DNA of 63,140 nucleotides, counting the filler, from Reticulomyxa filosa (Eukaryota; Protista; Foraminifera), in NCBI GenBank assembly GCA_000512085.1. It is 11 parts of 11 records of this genome, joined end to end, with 100 filler letters (N's around TTAATTAATTAA, not from the genome) between each part and the next. Parts side by side here need not be neighbours in the genome. Positions count along the whole stretch, not along the records: positions 23,634 to 34,075 come from ASPP01022805.1; positions 34,176 to 41,679 come from ASPP01005864.1; 9 more parts are not named here. One strand, given 5' to 3'. Shown here piece after piece: positions 23,634 to 37,726 of the stretch. Position 1 is the first letter of the stretch. The number at the start of each line of letters is the position of its first letter. The notes beneath the pieces were generated by a model. The model searched no databases, was not told the DNA's origin, and was given only the letters and a program-made list of their open reading frames with translations. The position numbers were made by a program, and so were the translations under genes.

Positions 23634-24489
23634 GGTCGAATGTTCACATTATCAACAAGCGCACAAGTAATTAGGATACAAGATGGATGCAACATCATTT
23701 TTTCAACTTGTTGCCACAAGCATAATATTTTACAAACAGCAAAGCTTTCACCAGACAATCGTTTTATTACTGATTGACAGACTATTAAAAAGTTAGTGTA
23801 TGGAATAGAGCAGGAAAACAAATACTAAAATGGAAGGCGAATCATGAGGAAATAAATAATGTAAAGTCTTACCAAACAGTCAAAGTATGTAACACTTAAT
23901 TCGATTGTTGGACGTGAGTTTGTAATACAAAAACAATTATTGAAAGGTGCTGCAACAAAAGCGAATATATCTCCAGACGATAATACAATTGTGTAATTTT
24001 CTGAAAAGCAAACAATTCGACTTGGAGAGGTTATAACATAAATAAGGTAAAAAGAATTAACGCTATTTTTTGGTATAGTAAAACAGTAATTTTCCCTTTT
24101 TGTGATAACTAAATAATTGGAATGTAAAATAAATGATCAAACACTTGGACATTAGTAACCAGATATTGTTTTTGAGAAAATAGAAAAACTCAAAAAAATC
24201 ATAAAAAAAAGTCTTGAAGCTTTGACAAATGTATCTTGATCAATAAAGACGAAATCATTATTTATGGAAGTTTTTGCATGCACTCATATGTTCATATGAC
24301 GACTTGATCACAATATCGATATCCAATAAACAATGGAATATTTATTTCAAAAGTAGAAATCAGTAAAAATACTTAAGTAAAATTACGATCAACTTAGAAA
24401 ATTAGTTTACATACTTTTGTGTTGTAATATCTTTTTTTAAATTCTTTTTTCAAAAATGTATATTATATTTATAAAATCAAAACAATGAT

Positions 24490-24770
24490 AATTATTTCAA
24501 TCAATCCAATTACAATAATTCCATTAATTGCATCTGGTGAATCAAGCAAGAATGCATGTGATTAAAGACTGAGTTTTTGCTTAAGAAAAGGATGTAGAGT
24601 TCGTGGCTGGACTCAAGAAGAACTTCAACTTGGATATCGAGATTGAGCCCGACTTGGAGTGCGTTACGGAGTTGGGAATTGCGAAGAATTTCTACTTGAA
24701 GCGATCGACTCAGAGTGTGTGATGGATTTTATGAATGCGATCGCGAATGAGATAGATACGAAGCAGAGTT
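24490..24770 (-). pseudogene. Decayed Pro/Ser-rich stalk plus transmembrane segment, paralogous to 29072-29590
   Basis: FLLDSPDAINGIIVIGLIE versus FLLDSPGAIGGIIVTGVIG. Multiple stops. Confidence 0.45.
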
Positions 24771-24928
24771 ATTTTTTTTCATCATAACCAATTATCAATT
24801 CTTATTTTGTAAAAAACAACAATATTTCATTGTTTTTTTTTATTTTTCATTTGTTTGAATCATTTCTTGACATGTTATGGATTTAATATAAAGCGTGCAA
24901 ATGACATCTCAGTTTGAATTTAGTTTTT

Positions 24929-25520
24929 TTACATAGAGTTCACCAGCAATAAGACTAGCTTTATTATTGTTATTTCTGGCTGCCGTTGAACGAGGAACAA
25001 TGACTCCCAAGTGACGAGCTCGATCATGTGGTCGACGATAGATATGACACAGGCAAGCGTCTTACTCGACTCCGTCTCTGCGCCGAGCACAAACACACGG
25101 CCTTGGTAATGACAGCAGTGATATTCGCTGATAAATTGGTATTGCGCAATCGATGGACACGTAAATGCCATTTCTTTTGATTGTATTCTTTTTATTTTCG
25201 TTCTCGTTCTTATTCTTTTTATTAAATTGCTCCTGTGATGGACTTGCTTGTATTGTTGGCATCGATGCAAGCGCTGCGGACACTTGGTCGATTAAACATG
25301 TCAATGTCCTTGCTTCTTGTATCTCTTTTATTTTCCATGTCTCGTCAAGTCTTCTTACCACTACGCCTTTCCATTGCTTTTCGCGTTGTGGTTTTGTTGC
25401 ATCAAATGCAAATCCTTGGACTTCTCTTCGCTTCCATGCCATTTGCGTGCTCTCCTTCTTCTTCGCCTATTTGTATGATATCATTCTGGGGAAGTATGTT
25501 TCTGTTTCAGCCATTTACCA
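24929..25520 (-). pseudogene. Frameshifted coding-like fragment of unknown family
   Basis: Elevated GC and overlapping ORFs in different frames with internal stops. Confidence 0.3.
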
Positions 25521-28246
25521 AATAACCCCAAAAGGTCATGTTTTTTTAAAATACTGTGGTTGATTGTAGAATGTGTTTTTTTCTATGTTTGCTAAAAAAA
25601 AAAAATTGGAAATTTCCAAACTACCTTTAGTCTCCACTTGTGACTTCAAAGTGCTGCAAGGTTGAAAAATCTAATATGGACGAAAATGTTTGACAATATC
25701 TCTTTCCATTTAATCTATGTAGTTGATGCTTCAAAGTTGCCATTTTAATTATTTAGAAAAGGGTGTTGCCCCTTTAGTTGAAGAATTTTAAATAAAGTGA
25801 AAAAAAAAATTTTTGCTTGTTTTCGCACTCTATTTGAGAAAATATCAGCACAAAAAAAAATATGTGTCTGTTGCAGGTCTGTTTTGAAGGAAAACAATTA
25901 AAATTTTCAAAATTGGGGGAAAGATAAAATATTGTTTGTGCAGACAAAACAAATGGGGTTTTTTGACTGGATTATAGTTTAAGTGGGGATACGGTAGCAT
26001 TTTGAATTTTAGCCCGAGATAAGATAGTAATGGAAAGCGAAATTAATACAAGTCAAGATGATTTTTTTTTTCTTGGAGTATCAAGACTGCAAGAGCTACA
26101 TTGAACCACGTGAACTACTTGAACAACTTGAAGAGAAAAACGCTGAAAGTCATTTTCTTTGTAATGGCATTTGGTTACTTTTACCTGCCACAGATACAGT
26201 GTTTCTTATGTTTCGACATAAAAGGATCTAAGTCACCGTAAGTGATTTATTTTTTTTAGATGAATAAACCGCCATTTTTTTTTTAAAGATTATTGGAATA
26301 AGAGTGTGGCAATTATTGCATAAAGGAAGCACTACTGAAGACAATCAGAAGGCTCAGTCGAATCCTGAGTCCGTTTGGACTCCAATACCAACGATGATCC
26401 CCGCATGCCACATTTATTGCGGTGGATCGCAAGCAAATGGAGGTTATTTATTCTTTTTTATTTATATCTACCCTTTTTTTTAATTAAAAAAAAGTTACAT
26501 TTAATGATGATTCTAACAAGTTTTTTTTTATGTTTTGAAAAAAAAATAACATATAAAATGATTTTTTTTATTTTGTATGAAAATGTGGAATGGAGTGAAG
26601 ACTGTCAATAGAAGTAGGGCCAACAGATAACGTGCACTCAGCACCGGGCTCAATAAAAGAAGAAAAGGAGCATAATGATGATAATGTTTATTTGATGATG
26701 CATTGGCAAACGAGATGTTGCCAACGGTAGTGTGAACGGCGCCTTTTTTCAGTGGATGCTACTGCAGTGAAGCGACAATGTACTTGCAATACATGTACAT
26801 ACGTATGTCAGACCAACTGATGACCGAACAGCATGGAAATTATATAATAATCACAAATACTTGAAAGGATTGCAGCTGCAGCTGGCGAACGTCCTGAATA
26901 ATGCATAAGATAATCCCATTCTCAAATCCAAGCATTATCTTTGTCATCGCATCATATTGTGGTTATATGCCATAGCGAACCTGATGCGTAGCTGCAGTCA
27001 CTCTACTCGGCGTGGTCGTGTATACTTCGTATGTTGGTATGTCTTACAATAACCACACGTCAAATCTGATTTGGATTGTATTGCAAATGATCCTTTTTCG
27101 AGTCAATTGTTGAGATTCTTAAACCACTGGATACGCTATGTCTTTGAATATCCACAATAAAGAAAAACTTAGCATGCAAGCGTTCAAGGATATAAATTAA
27201 TTGTATTGTGTTGACTGTGTTGGACGAGCCTTAAAAAATAAATTCAAGTGAATTGTTCGAAAGATGGCTGCTACTCATTGACCATTGCTAAAGTTAATTG
27301 CACAAAACTTGTTGTTGCATTTGTTTTCTTTGGTGATGATTGACTTATTTTTTGAATTGAAACTTTTTCATTATTTGGATTTTTTTTTCTCAACACAGTA
27401 CTAGTCCTTTTCTATCTTTGACAAAAAAATGATAAAATAAGTCTATAATGTTTGCGATCTGATTCTATTATTGTTCAAACTGAAACAAACAATTAAAACA
27501 TTAAAATATTAGGTGTAGATGCAATTACATCACGCTCACGAACACTAATAGTTTATGAAGAGTTTTTCTTGTTGTCCCTTTTCGAACTGATTTTGTTTCA
27601 TTTTTGTGCGAAGATATTGTAAATGAAAAAGATTTTTATTCTTTCCTTCATTTGCGTTAGAAGAAAGAGGTAGAATTTTTTCTACGGTGCAACAGTTAAT
27701 GTTGAAAATATCAGGCTGCTAATGCTAACGTATTTATCATATATTTTACATTCCCAATTGTTTGTGCTGTTTTATAAAAGCGAAAAATAGTTTTAATTCT
27801 TTTTATCATTTTTTTTATTTGATGTTATAACAATCCAAAATTAAATTGTTTGCGCTTTGGAAAATAAAAAAATTGTCATATTGGATATATCTTCGCTTTT
27901 ATTACAGCACCTTTTTAACAATTGTTTTTTTATTCCAAAATTTATACGCTTGGTTTGCAAGCTTAGTGCTCATATAAGCCTTGCATTTAAAAAAAAAATT
28001 TATGAACATTGTAGAATGAGATTTTTAACAACTCATTCATTTTCCAAAAACTTGAAGCACTTTTCAAAGTGCAAAATGTAAAGCAACATTTGGAAAATAT
28101 GGATCAATATCTATGGTGTTTGAGAATAGTTTAGTGGATTGTAGGTCTGAAAAATTGATGTCAAATAACTCAAAAGCAAAGTGATTCTTCTTGTTATTTG
28201 CATCATTGTCGATATTCATGCAATACGTTTTCACAGACGTTTGCTG

Positions 28247-28849
28247 TTTGTTCGAAACAGCGTAGACCTATTCGTTTTTGTTATTTACTTTGCAATTTCA
28301 TGAACAAAAAGTTATTAAAGAAATCTCTTTTCAATGGGGCCAGAAAAAAATAATCTATCACTTTGACTCAGTTGTAAGGGAAAGTGTGCTCATCAAAGAA
28401 AAAAAATGTAACGAAAATAATACGTTACCTTTCACTCGCATTTCCGCAAAAAAACTAATTATTTAAAAACATATGACTAAGGATACACGCTTGTCCTTGT
28501 CAATACAACTTGTTGCAGCACAAATAAACCAAAAAACAGTTAAACATTTAACAAAAAAAGAAACGAACAAAAGAAAGTTTTTGTCAGTGAAGAAAAACTC
28601 AAACAAGGGTCTAACTGTCAAAAATAATAAAATTTTTAGAAATGTGTTCACATAAACAAATTTTTTAATCAAAGCTTTTTTTTTACAATAGAAACTTATC
28701 CATTTCGAAAATTAATGTTTGAAATTATTTCAAATTTATCTATGAATATCAGTTTTAACTTACAATGAAAAAAAACTTCTACCAATTTAAAAAAAACAAA
28801 TAAAAAAGTAACAACAAAGCATCTTCAACAATTGGAGGACAGATCATTT
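28247..28849 (+). repeat. Dispersed ~600-bp non-coding repeat, copy 1
   Basis: Colinear with 49656-50216; shared blocks CACTTTGACTCAGT, TACGTTACCT, GCTTGTCCTTGTCAATACAACTTG and AAAAACTCAAACAAGGG. Confidence 0.8.
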
Positions 28850-29071
28850 TGTTCAAGGGCAATTTGTTATTTCTTTTTATAAAAGAAAAATCGTGAAAAA
28901 ATGTTAATTTAGGTTTTCTTGAATAAAAATGAGTGAATTTATAAACTTATTAAAAAAGTGTAGCTCAAAATAGGTTACATAAAAAAAAAGAAGGACTCAA
29001 AAAATAAAGAACGAATGAAAAAGAAAAGAAGCTTGCAATATAATTATGGAAAGAAAGGCACAATTAGATTT

Positions 29072-29590
29072 TTAGTGAGTTCTATTGGCCAGTCCTTCCT
29101 TGTGAATCGTAACACCAGCAATATCTGTTGGAAAAGCCGTTGTTAGCATGGATTCCGACTCCAAAGTAGCTGTCTTTGGTTTCTTTGGACTGGCATGTTC
29201 TGGTCCAGTGTTTATTGCTGTGTTGTACTGACCACAGCACCTGCAAATTTTTTGAAAATCAAAATAAAGATTCTTATTCCAATCACTCCAGTTACAATAA
29301 TCCCACCAATTGCACCTGGGGAGTCAAGTAAGAACTGTATCGGATAACGAGTAGGCGGGACTGAAATTGTTTGTTTTAAAAAAAGATGGAATGTGAATTA
29401 TTTATAATCAAAGTGATATACATCATATAAAGCAAGGAGAACTAACCTGAAGGCGATTGAATTGGAAATTGGGAAGGAAATTGATTCGAATGATTGGAAG
29501 GACGTTCTGGACAGAGCAGTTCACTTGAAATAGGCGCTAATGTCCGCACCTTCGCTTTTGTCATATGTATACGCGGAGTTGAGCAGAAAG
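29072..29590 (-). pseudogene. C-terminal part of a single-pass membrane protein (Pro/Ser stalk, TM, Cys-rich juxtamembrane, cytoplasmic tail), frameshifted
   Basis: PSNHSNQFPSQFPIQSPS / PPTRYPIQFLLDSPGAIGGIIVTGVIG. Adding one A in the A-run at ~29250 gives KKICRCCGQ..LANRTH*. Confidence 0.5.
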
Positions 29591-31989
29591 TTCACTTTTA
29601 CTCAAGTCAAAGAAAAAAATGCAAACATTTGTATTTTGTTCTCAATATATTGAAAGCATTTGTTTTACAATCCAGACTTAAGCATAATTTGATAGAGGTT
29701 AAACCGTGTGTTAGATGTCTCTTAAAAAACTCATAGTGAACATCTAAACATCTTATGTTCAGATCTTAAAGTACACGCAGCGGGCTTGCTATGTTTCCAC
29801 GGTCCGTCCATTCTGATGCTGCAGAAAAGTCTTTTCATATTCCACCACAATGGCATCAAACATTCATTCTTTGTTAGTTACGATCACTTCGTCAGTCGGA
29901 ACAATGCTCTTTTGAAGTGTCGATAGAACTGAATCAACCAAGTACACATTTAATTTTAGGAAATAAAAAGCTTTTTAAATATTTAAAGAAACACTGACCA
30001 CAAAACTTAGCAAATAAGGGAAGATCGGATTATAACTTCAAAAAATTATACGTTAGGATTGGAATATGACAACCAGCCCTTCCAATCTTCAACGTAATCT
30101 CGCAACTTCTTGCTGATATCAAACTCAACCATTATTAAGAATAACTTTATTTATTACAATACGAATAACAATTTCAACACAATCACCATTCGATAATGAA
30201 ACAATTTGGTAACAGTCGGTTGAAAATTTTATGATTCTTACTGTGCCATCAGATCTTTGACAATTGAAAATTGAACTATTTTAAGCATTGATCAAAATCT
30301 TAGCTCTATTTAAAAAATAAATAAATGAAATATTGCAGCAATTTTGACAATACGGATCAATTACACACAAAGTTCACCTTCTTCAAATACTCAAATTCTT
30401 TGTGTACTTTTGTTTTTGGAACAAACCTATTAATACAAATCAGGACAAGAGGCAAACATTCCAATCAATGATTTTAAAAATATGTCTTGTGAATGACTCG
30501 TTTCAAGCCTATATACCATTGTCAAGTGAATGACAATTTTTTGAAGGCAAGAGATTTAAAGACCAAGATCCAATTTTATTTCCCCTTGGTTTGCAAATAC
30601 AGAACCATTCGGTTTGTTCAAAACAAATATATCACTGCACTTTTTGCCGAGAAAATGAACAAGAAAAATAATGAACAAATCACAAAACGGGAATTTATTC
30701 ACTTTTTCTTTTCACCAGGCAGAAAGGTCACAAGCAAAGAGTTTCTTCAATAAAGAAACAGTCTACAAAGATATACCACTTGAGAACAGTGAACTCGTTA
30801 AACAATTTTTAAATTTGTTTATTATGTTTTATTTTCTGAAAGGACAAAACTTCTCCACAACTCGTTTGTTTTTTCCTTTCCGTGATGTTTAATCAAAGAA
30901 TACTGGTCATGAAAATAAAAATATCAACTTGTCTTCCTATTTCAAAATGTCATATATTCCATTTGCACAAATCAGAACCATTAAACTATTTCGTGTTTGT
31001 TGAATGACAAAGGATACCAATTGATAACAAATACCATATGCATGCAAATAACTGACATCCACATCATATTTACAAAAAGGTTACAAATTTTTTTCTGCCA
31101 CTTTCTAGTCACCTTGATATAAGTCACCTTTTTTTCCAATCATTTATACATTCTCTTATTCTATGTCATCATGAAATGTGTAATTATCCATTTTTTAAAT
31201 TTAATACATAAATCATTGGAACATCTTGCCTTTTTCATAACTGCAAATTCTGTTTTTATAATATATCAAATGCTCATATAATATTTCATACTTTTAAATT
31301 ATTTATCATTATAACCGCAATATTTTATTTCTGCAATTTATGTTAATAATATTTATTTCTTATTCACTTCATTCTATTAAGTCTTCGACACAATATTCAT
31401 AATGTCTTATTTATAAATTAACTTTGTTATTATTTTGGATTCATCAATTAAATTTCACAATCACATATTAAAATATATTATGTGTAATATTTTTTTGTCC
31501 ACATCCATATATGTAAAAATACATATTTATTTTTTCTTCATAATTTTTATTTTAAAATATAAATATTATCGTTATTTTTCAATAAATTGAATTACAATCG
31601 ACATTGTTGCGTTGCATTTCCAACAGATGTCAGTTTTTATTCAACATATTACCACTTGAAGAAACATATTCACAATTATCATCATCGTATTTTAGTTGAT
31701 TTAAATTGTATATTTTTATCTTTTCTTCTTCAGCATTGCAATTCACTTTTATTTATTATTTATAGATTTGGATTGGGTGCAACAGCTTTTGTCAACTCAG
31801 TGCTGTTGTCAAAATATTCTTCATCAGCTGAAGACTAGTCAAAGAACGACTTCAACAAAGGTGCACACGAAGGAACATCATGTGGTTCTTTAAGGAAATC
31901 TCTATGAACAGATTTGCTTTTGTTCAATATATCTGTAATATCTTGGAGAATTGGTGATCGTTTTGAACCAATCAAACATCTGTGTCTTC

Positions 31990-33510
31990 GCTCTTGATGT
32001 TAATTGAATAAACATTTCTAAATAATTTTCCAACTCTTGAGATTGTGAAAAAGCGTATAAACACAAAATCATTGCATTCCATCATCGAGTAATAGATTGA
32101 TCTTTTGTGATTGTTAGTCAATTGTTTGATCACTTGACAATAAATGTCATTTCTTAATTCATCTTTTAATAAAATCTTCAGTCTGCATTATCGGGATTAC
32201 CAACTTCTACTGGCTTGTCTATAATGTATATTTGGATCTTGTTGAATTGGTTCATTACTCCACACCAAGTCTATCTCCTCCAGCTTATCATAGCTTTTTC
32301 TTTGCTCATTCATATGCTCTTTTCAACACTGGACTAAACTGTGAGCCATTTTATCAAAGAAGATATCTTTCCATTTAATGTTCAAACGTATTTGTCGTAA
32401 TTGTTGTTGGATAAACTTATCAGTATATTGATTTATGTATCCTCAAACATGCTTCAATGTAATTTGTCTCAAATGTTGCAATGGCTTTTCCAGATTCTCG
32501 TATAATTTAGTGTGATGTTATCATTTTCAATACCAACATATATTTATTGTCATCTTTTTATGATTTCACAAACTGCTTCCAATTTGTTGATTTCTTTTTC
32601 ACTAATAACTTCTCCCAAAATACATTTATATGGAAATTATGCTTTACGAATTTAGACAACTTCAAACGCTCCCGAATGTGTGAGTTGTTCAAAGCAACTT
32701 CATGACACAAAGTACAATGGTTCTTTGTCTTCATTCGGCTTAATACATCAAATGTAATGAGGTTGCGTTGCATGTAAAGTTTTCATCAAAGCATCTAATT
32801 GGTTGCAGAATTACAGATCCAATATTGCTTTTCGCTGTCCTGCTATCATATCTCCGACATCATTTAGGAACAAAATTAGAACCATGTGCTCTTTCGACTT
32901 GTCCAACATTACCAATATACCAATGGACTTGTGTACTTTTTTTTTTTTATTCAATGGATTTGTTAATTTGAACAACCAACAAATCAAATATTTTGGCATA
33001 CACAAATTTGTACAAATAATACCATTAATCTCGTGCAAACTCTGGATTTAATCCTTTTTCAACACGATTGTTGCCCGACATAACGATGGCCTTGCCAAAT
33101 GAAAGCGATGTTTGACTTTCGACGTGTCATTGACTTAATTGGATTGTGCTCGTTCAAAATCAGCGTTGCTAGTGTGCAAAATATCCTCCACGACACGATA
33201 TAGACTCAACATCCTTTTCATTGAATTCCAAAGTTCGAACGGTTGTCTTGCAACACGACCTTTTCCAATAAGCAATTGATCATGAATATTTCTGTGTATT
33301 CTCCAAACATAGACTAATTATTGTTTCGTAGAGTTTTTGTATTCCAATATCGGTTTGCGTCAAACAATATCCTCTCTACACCTTCAACACAACCAAGTAA
33401 GTCAGACATTACTTGATTGCCTTTTTTTTTTTTTTTTTTGAAAGATTTCTCCAAAACTTTTTCATGTCTCCGTATATACAATGGACTGGCTTGTCCTGCT
33501 TTCAAATGTT
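31990..33510 (-). pseudogene. MyTH4-containing myosin heavy chain pseudogene
   Basis: Motor motifs YKFVYAKIFDLLVVQINKSI and ATQPHYI*CIKPN..QLTHSGAFEVV*IRKA*FP (~32640-32770). MyTH4 motif DELRNDIYCQVIKQLTNN (~32110-32163) and ELENYLEMFI. Many stops, frameshifts and deletions. Confidence 0.85.
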
Positions 33511-34075
33511 AAACCATGCTGACTATTTTAATAATCACAAAACTATAGTCGTTTTTCTAAAATCTGCAACAGTATAATAGATTTTTTAAAAAACTCCTTA
33601 ACTGAGCTTTGCTTTTTTTCACCAATCATCAACTCTTAACAGTTGAAATAATAAATTAACCTGTTTGAAAAATGTCATTAAACACAACAAACTTTTATCA
33701 ATCATCTGTTCGCACGCAATTCTTGACAATCTGAGAACGTTTTTTCGTCAATATTTTTGTGTTTTCTTCCAATTAATGATCCCTTTTTTTCTTTTTTTAA
33801 AATTGTCAAATGAAGTTGTTTGTTATGTTTTATTTTATGAAATAACCAAAAAACCTTTCTTTATAAAACTTTTCCATAACTCATTTTTGTTTCCTTTTAA
33901 TTGCGTTAATTTCATGCATAGTTGCACAATTGTCACTATTGCAATAATAGTATTGCTCAAGTTGGCACAATTCCAATTGCATCCTTTGGTTAGCATGTAA
34001 AAGATGATGCTGTCTGTTCAATGTATGTATGTGCGAATATTGAATGCATATATTTTTATTTTTTTAGTACATTTT

Positions 34076-34175
34076 NNNNNNNNNNNNNNNNNNNNNNNNN
34101 NNNNNNNNNNNNNNNNNNNTTAATTAATTAANNNNNNNNNNNNNNNNNNNNNNNNNNNNNNNNNNNNNNNNNNNN
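34076..34175. other. Artificial contig linker
   Basis: N44-TTAATTAATTAA-N44. Confidence 0.98.
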
Positions 34176-34245
34176 TTGAGTTTTAGCCCACTGGGGACTC
34201 CCAGGTTCCTTCAGCGTTCGGATATTTATAGGGCCTTGCCCTACA
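34176..34245 (-). repeat. LTR-like repeat fragment related to 43132-43200
   Basis: Reverse complement TGTAGGGCAAG..CTATAAAT..GAACGCTGAA..AGTGGGCTAAA parallels TGTAGGGCAAG..CTATAGAT..GAACACTGAA..AGTGGGTTAAA. Confidence 0.55.
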
Positions 34246-35911
34246 TTAGAAAAGCAGAAAAGACTTTACAAAAGCTAATTGAATGCCAAAACAAATACAA
34301 TATATTATCGACACCAAAGGAAAGTTAACAAAGTGATAAAAATGTTTTAAAAAATTTTCAATTGTAAAATGAAAAAATTGTTTAGCATATAGTGACTTTA
34401 TTTAAAAGTCAGTGTCATATTTAAAAACTTCAACATTTGTATTTTAAAAAATTATGTCTGAATGTTGTTTTCATGAAGAAAATTAATCATCTTCATAATG
34501 TAACATTTTATGCGTCATTTTTTTTGCAAACTACTGTATTCAAAGGCAAAAGAAAATTTGTTTATTACAGCGCTGACAACAATTCAACACAAATTTTATT
34601 TAAAAGTTACAACACAAATTTCAATCTTTAAACACCAAAGAAGATAATGCTAAATTGCAATAGCATCAAAAAAAAAGCAAGAAAAAGTAATAAAATTCAA
34701 AAAACTTTGCAACAGTGTTTTTAAAAAAATTGTTTTATATGTTTTTAATAGAAAATATCATATTTATAACATTCATTTATAACATATTTATAACATTCAT
34801 TTTTTTCTATCGCTGTTTGTATATAATCTATTATATGTATATAAACGTGAGTATTGTATTTATTACACAATAAGTTATGGCACAGTAATAATGATTATAT
34901 ATTTTTTCTTTTTAAATTTAATTTTGATATTCAACACAATTTATTTTTTCATCTATGTAATCTATATATCAACTAGTACAAAACATGATTAATATTTTAA
35001 ATTATTTTTTGTTAAAAAAATCTTTTTTAAAATTTTTTTGTAAATTTTGCAAAAAACTTGTATAAATTATATTTCCTTTTCAAACATATACATACATTAT
35101 ACATGTACATAAAAATTAACACTAAACATATGTTTTTCATTGAGGAAATCTAATCTTAATAAAAGAATTTTCATATTTATTTTTTTGCAACCTGGAATAT
35201 TGACACCAATTTCTTTTATGTTACAAACAATATACTGCTTGTACTTATTTTTGTATAGTACCCTAAACTTTTTGTTAACAAAAAATGCAAAATTTAATCG
35301 AAGAATTTTATCGTAGAAACATTGTTTGTCAATGCATGTTATTCTTTCCAGTTGAATAAAGAAACATCAAGTCCACTTTTGTATCTTCTTTGTAATCAAA
35401 AAGTGATAAAGCTAACATATGTTTAGATGTGTTTTACATACTTGTGATTTAAAAGGTTAACTGAAACAATAGTGTGCAGTTCGTGTTCATGAAACTTCAA
35501 TTTTTTAGAACGTGAAAGTTAGAGATCGCCATCTTGTGTTTTAGACAATGATGAAACGATTTCTTTGGCAGTGTTTTATTGCATGATAGTTTAAATTAAA
35601 ACGTCGAGTGTAGCTTTTTAGTTGTTTTTCAGTATTTGCATCAACGTTTCAGTTAACGAATAGCGAAAGTTGATATAGGAATATCAAGAGCAACTCAGAG
35701 TAATTTTATGTATGTCACAAAGCAGTAACTTGACAACTATGTAACTGTGTTCATAGAAAGGTAAACTATATTCGTAGAAAAACGTGTCTGTAACAGGAAC
35801 AAAAGCGAGGATTCTCCTTTCATCAATAAAAAATCCTTTTGGTATTTGAGGAAGATCGGTTACTTTCGGAAGAAACACGTCTTGTCATTTCAATACATCT
35901 AATAAGAAGAC

Positions 35912-36899
35912 ATGGCCCAACCAATAAAAATACAAAAATTGGAACCACAAAAACAGCAGCCTCTTGTGTCTCAAGTTAAACACAAAAACGCCATGTTTTT
36001 TTGCATTTTTGCGAACAAGACACTTGAACAAAAAAATAAAAATTTGTCACTACACGATAATTCAATCCTTTTTTTTTGTAACCAAGCAAGTGTATGTTTT
36101 ATGCGGGTGATTTTTTTTTTTAATTTTGTAGTCAATTCCAGTGGAATTTTATAAAACTTATATTCCTCCAGCACCCCCACTTAAACCAGTAGCTCCTAAT
36201 GGTTCCAATGACCTTACACAAATCGAACTCCCCGAAACAACAACAATAACAACCATAAGAACTGGACCACAATCGCTGACTGGCAAATATGCAGCGTCAT
36301 TGCCCGTCCATAAACTAACCACTTTCAAAACTCTCAGTTCCAACGCAAATAAAACAGATGAATCGTATGTCCTCGATTTTCTCTGTGAAAAAAAAACTGA
36401 ACACAGAAAGAAAAACAAGGGAAGGAAGAAGAATGTCACAGCTTTCTACGCATACCAAATTAATTTTTTTTCTTCCCCTTTTTTTTTTTTTTTTTTTTCT
36501 CATCACCATCCCCTCTCCCTCCATTAAGTTTTTTTTTGATCAAATAACAGGAAAACTGCGAGTGATAACAAAGAGAAGGAAGAAATTGATACGGAAGCAA
36601 ACACAAATTCAGAAAGAAAGACTGATAACATAACAGTAGGTTCGTATACTTGTCTTCAATTGATGGGCGGTCGCCATTCTATCCCAAAAGCCGTCACTTC
36701 AAGTGCAATCGCACATTCTCGAATTTTGAGAGCTGGGAGTGAAAAAGTCTCAAATTCAAATACCGACGCATCGAAAAACAAAAAGAGTGAACCATCTGAA
36801 GATGAACAGGCTGCCAAGGATATCGTGGAAGAATTCAATCAATTCAATTTGGAAGAAGATGACGAAAATGAAGAAGAAAATGAAGAAGAATCCGATTAA
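35912..36899 (+). CDS. Hypothetical disordered protein with acidic C-terminus (exons 35912-35974, 36132-36364, 36551-36899)
   Basis: Two frame-consistent GT-AG introns join three ORFs; the protein ends in an E/D-rich tail. Confidence 0.7.
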
Positions 36900-37726
36900 A
36901 ATATTTACCAAAAAACAAAAAAAATTACAATACAATTCAATTAAAATAACACCAAAAAAAAAAATTCAAGCATGCAAACACTAGGCCCAATCCAACAAGC
37001 AAACAAAAAAAAAATCCAAAGATAAAACAAAGCCAAAACAAAAAAAGTATCACACTTCACGAAATAGATTTATTTCGTCAATTGTAAGAGGAAATATTAA
37101 AGGTGATAAATATTCAACGTGAAGATGTTTTCTCTTTGTGATGCCATGTAACCATATATCGTGTTGTGTGTGTATTTTTTTATTCCTGTATGTATTACTA
37201 TTCATTTTAAAATAAGCATTTAACCAAATTTTTTTTTTTTGAACGACTAAGTTGCTACTATTGTGTATCAATTACTTGTTCTCTGGTTGCACTTTGAGTT
37301 CACTGGACCTATTTTTTTCATTCTATTAAATATCACCTTTTTGTTTTTGTTTTGTTTTGGGTGTGGGATTTTTTTGCCTACTTCTGTGAATAATACAACA
37401 CTGGCCAAAGTTTGCTTCTTCAAATCATAAAACAAACAATACGTTTGCCTTGCAATTACAATTGCTATCCTTTGTCACACATTTGTGACGGGATTTGTCT
37501 AGAACATTCCTTATGTTTTTAACATTGTAAATCCGATTTTTTAATTAATACTATGTAAGTTTTCGTTAAAAAAAAATGTACATTTGTTGTGTAATGACTT
37601 TTTTGGTGTTATAATTAATTTAATATGTGTTTCATAACATTTAAATTCTAATTTCGTATATGACGTCAACAATATTCTATTTGCATTTATTATCTTTGAG
37701 CAAAAAAACTCCAAAATTGATTAAAA

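Noticed and set aside
26070-27200. Hydrophobic coding-like fragments suggesting a multi-pass membrane pseudogene
   Set aside because: Too fragmented to define exons or a family.
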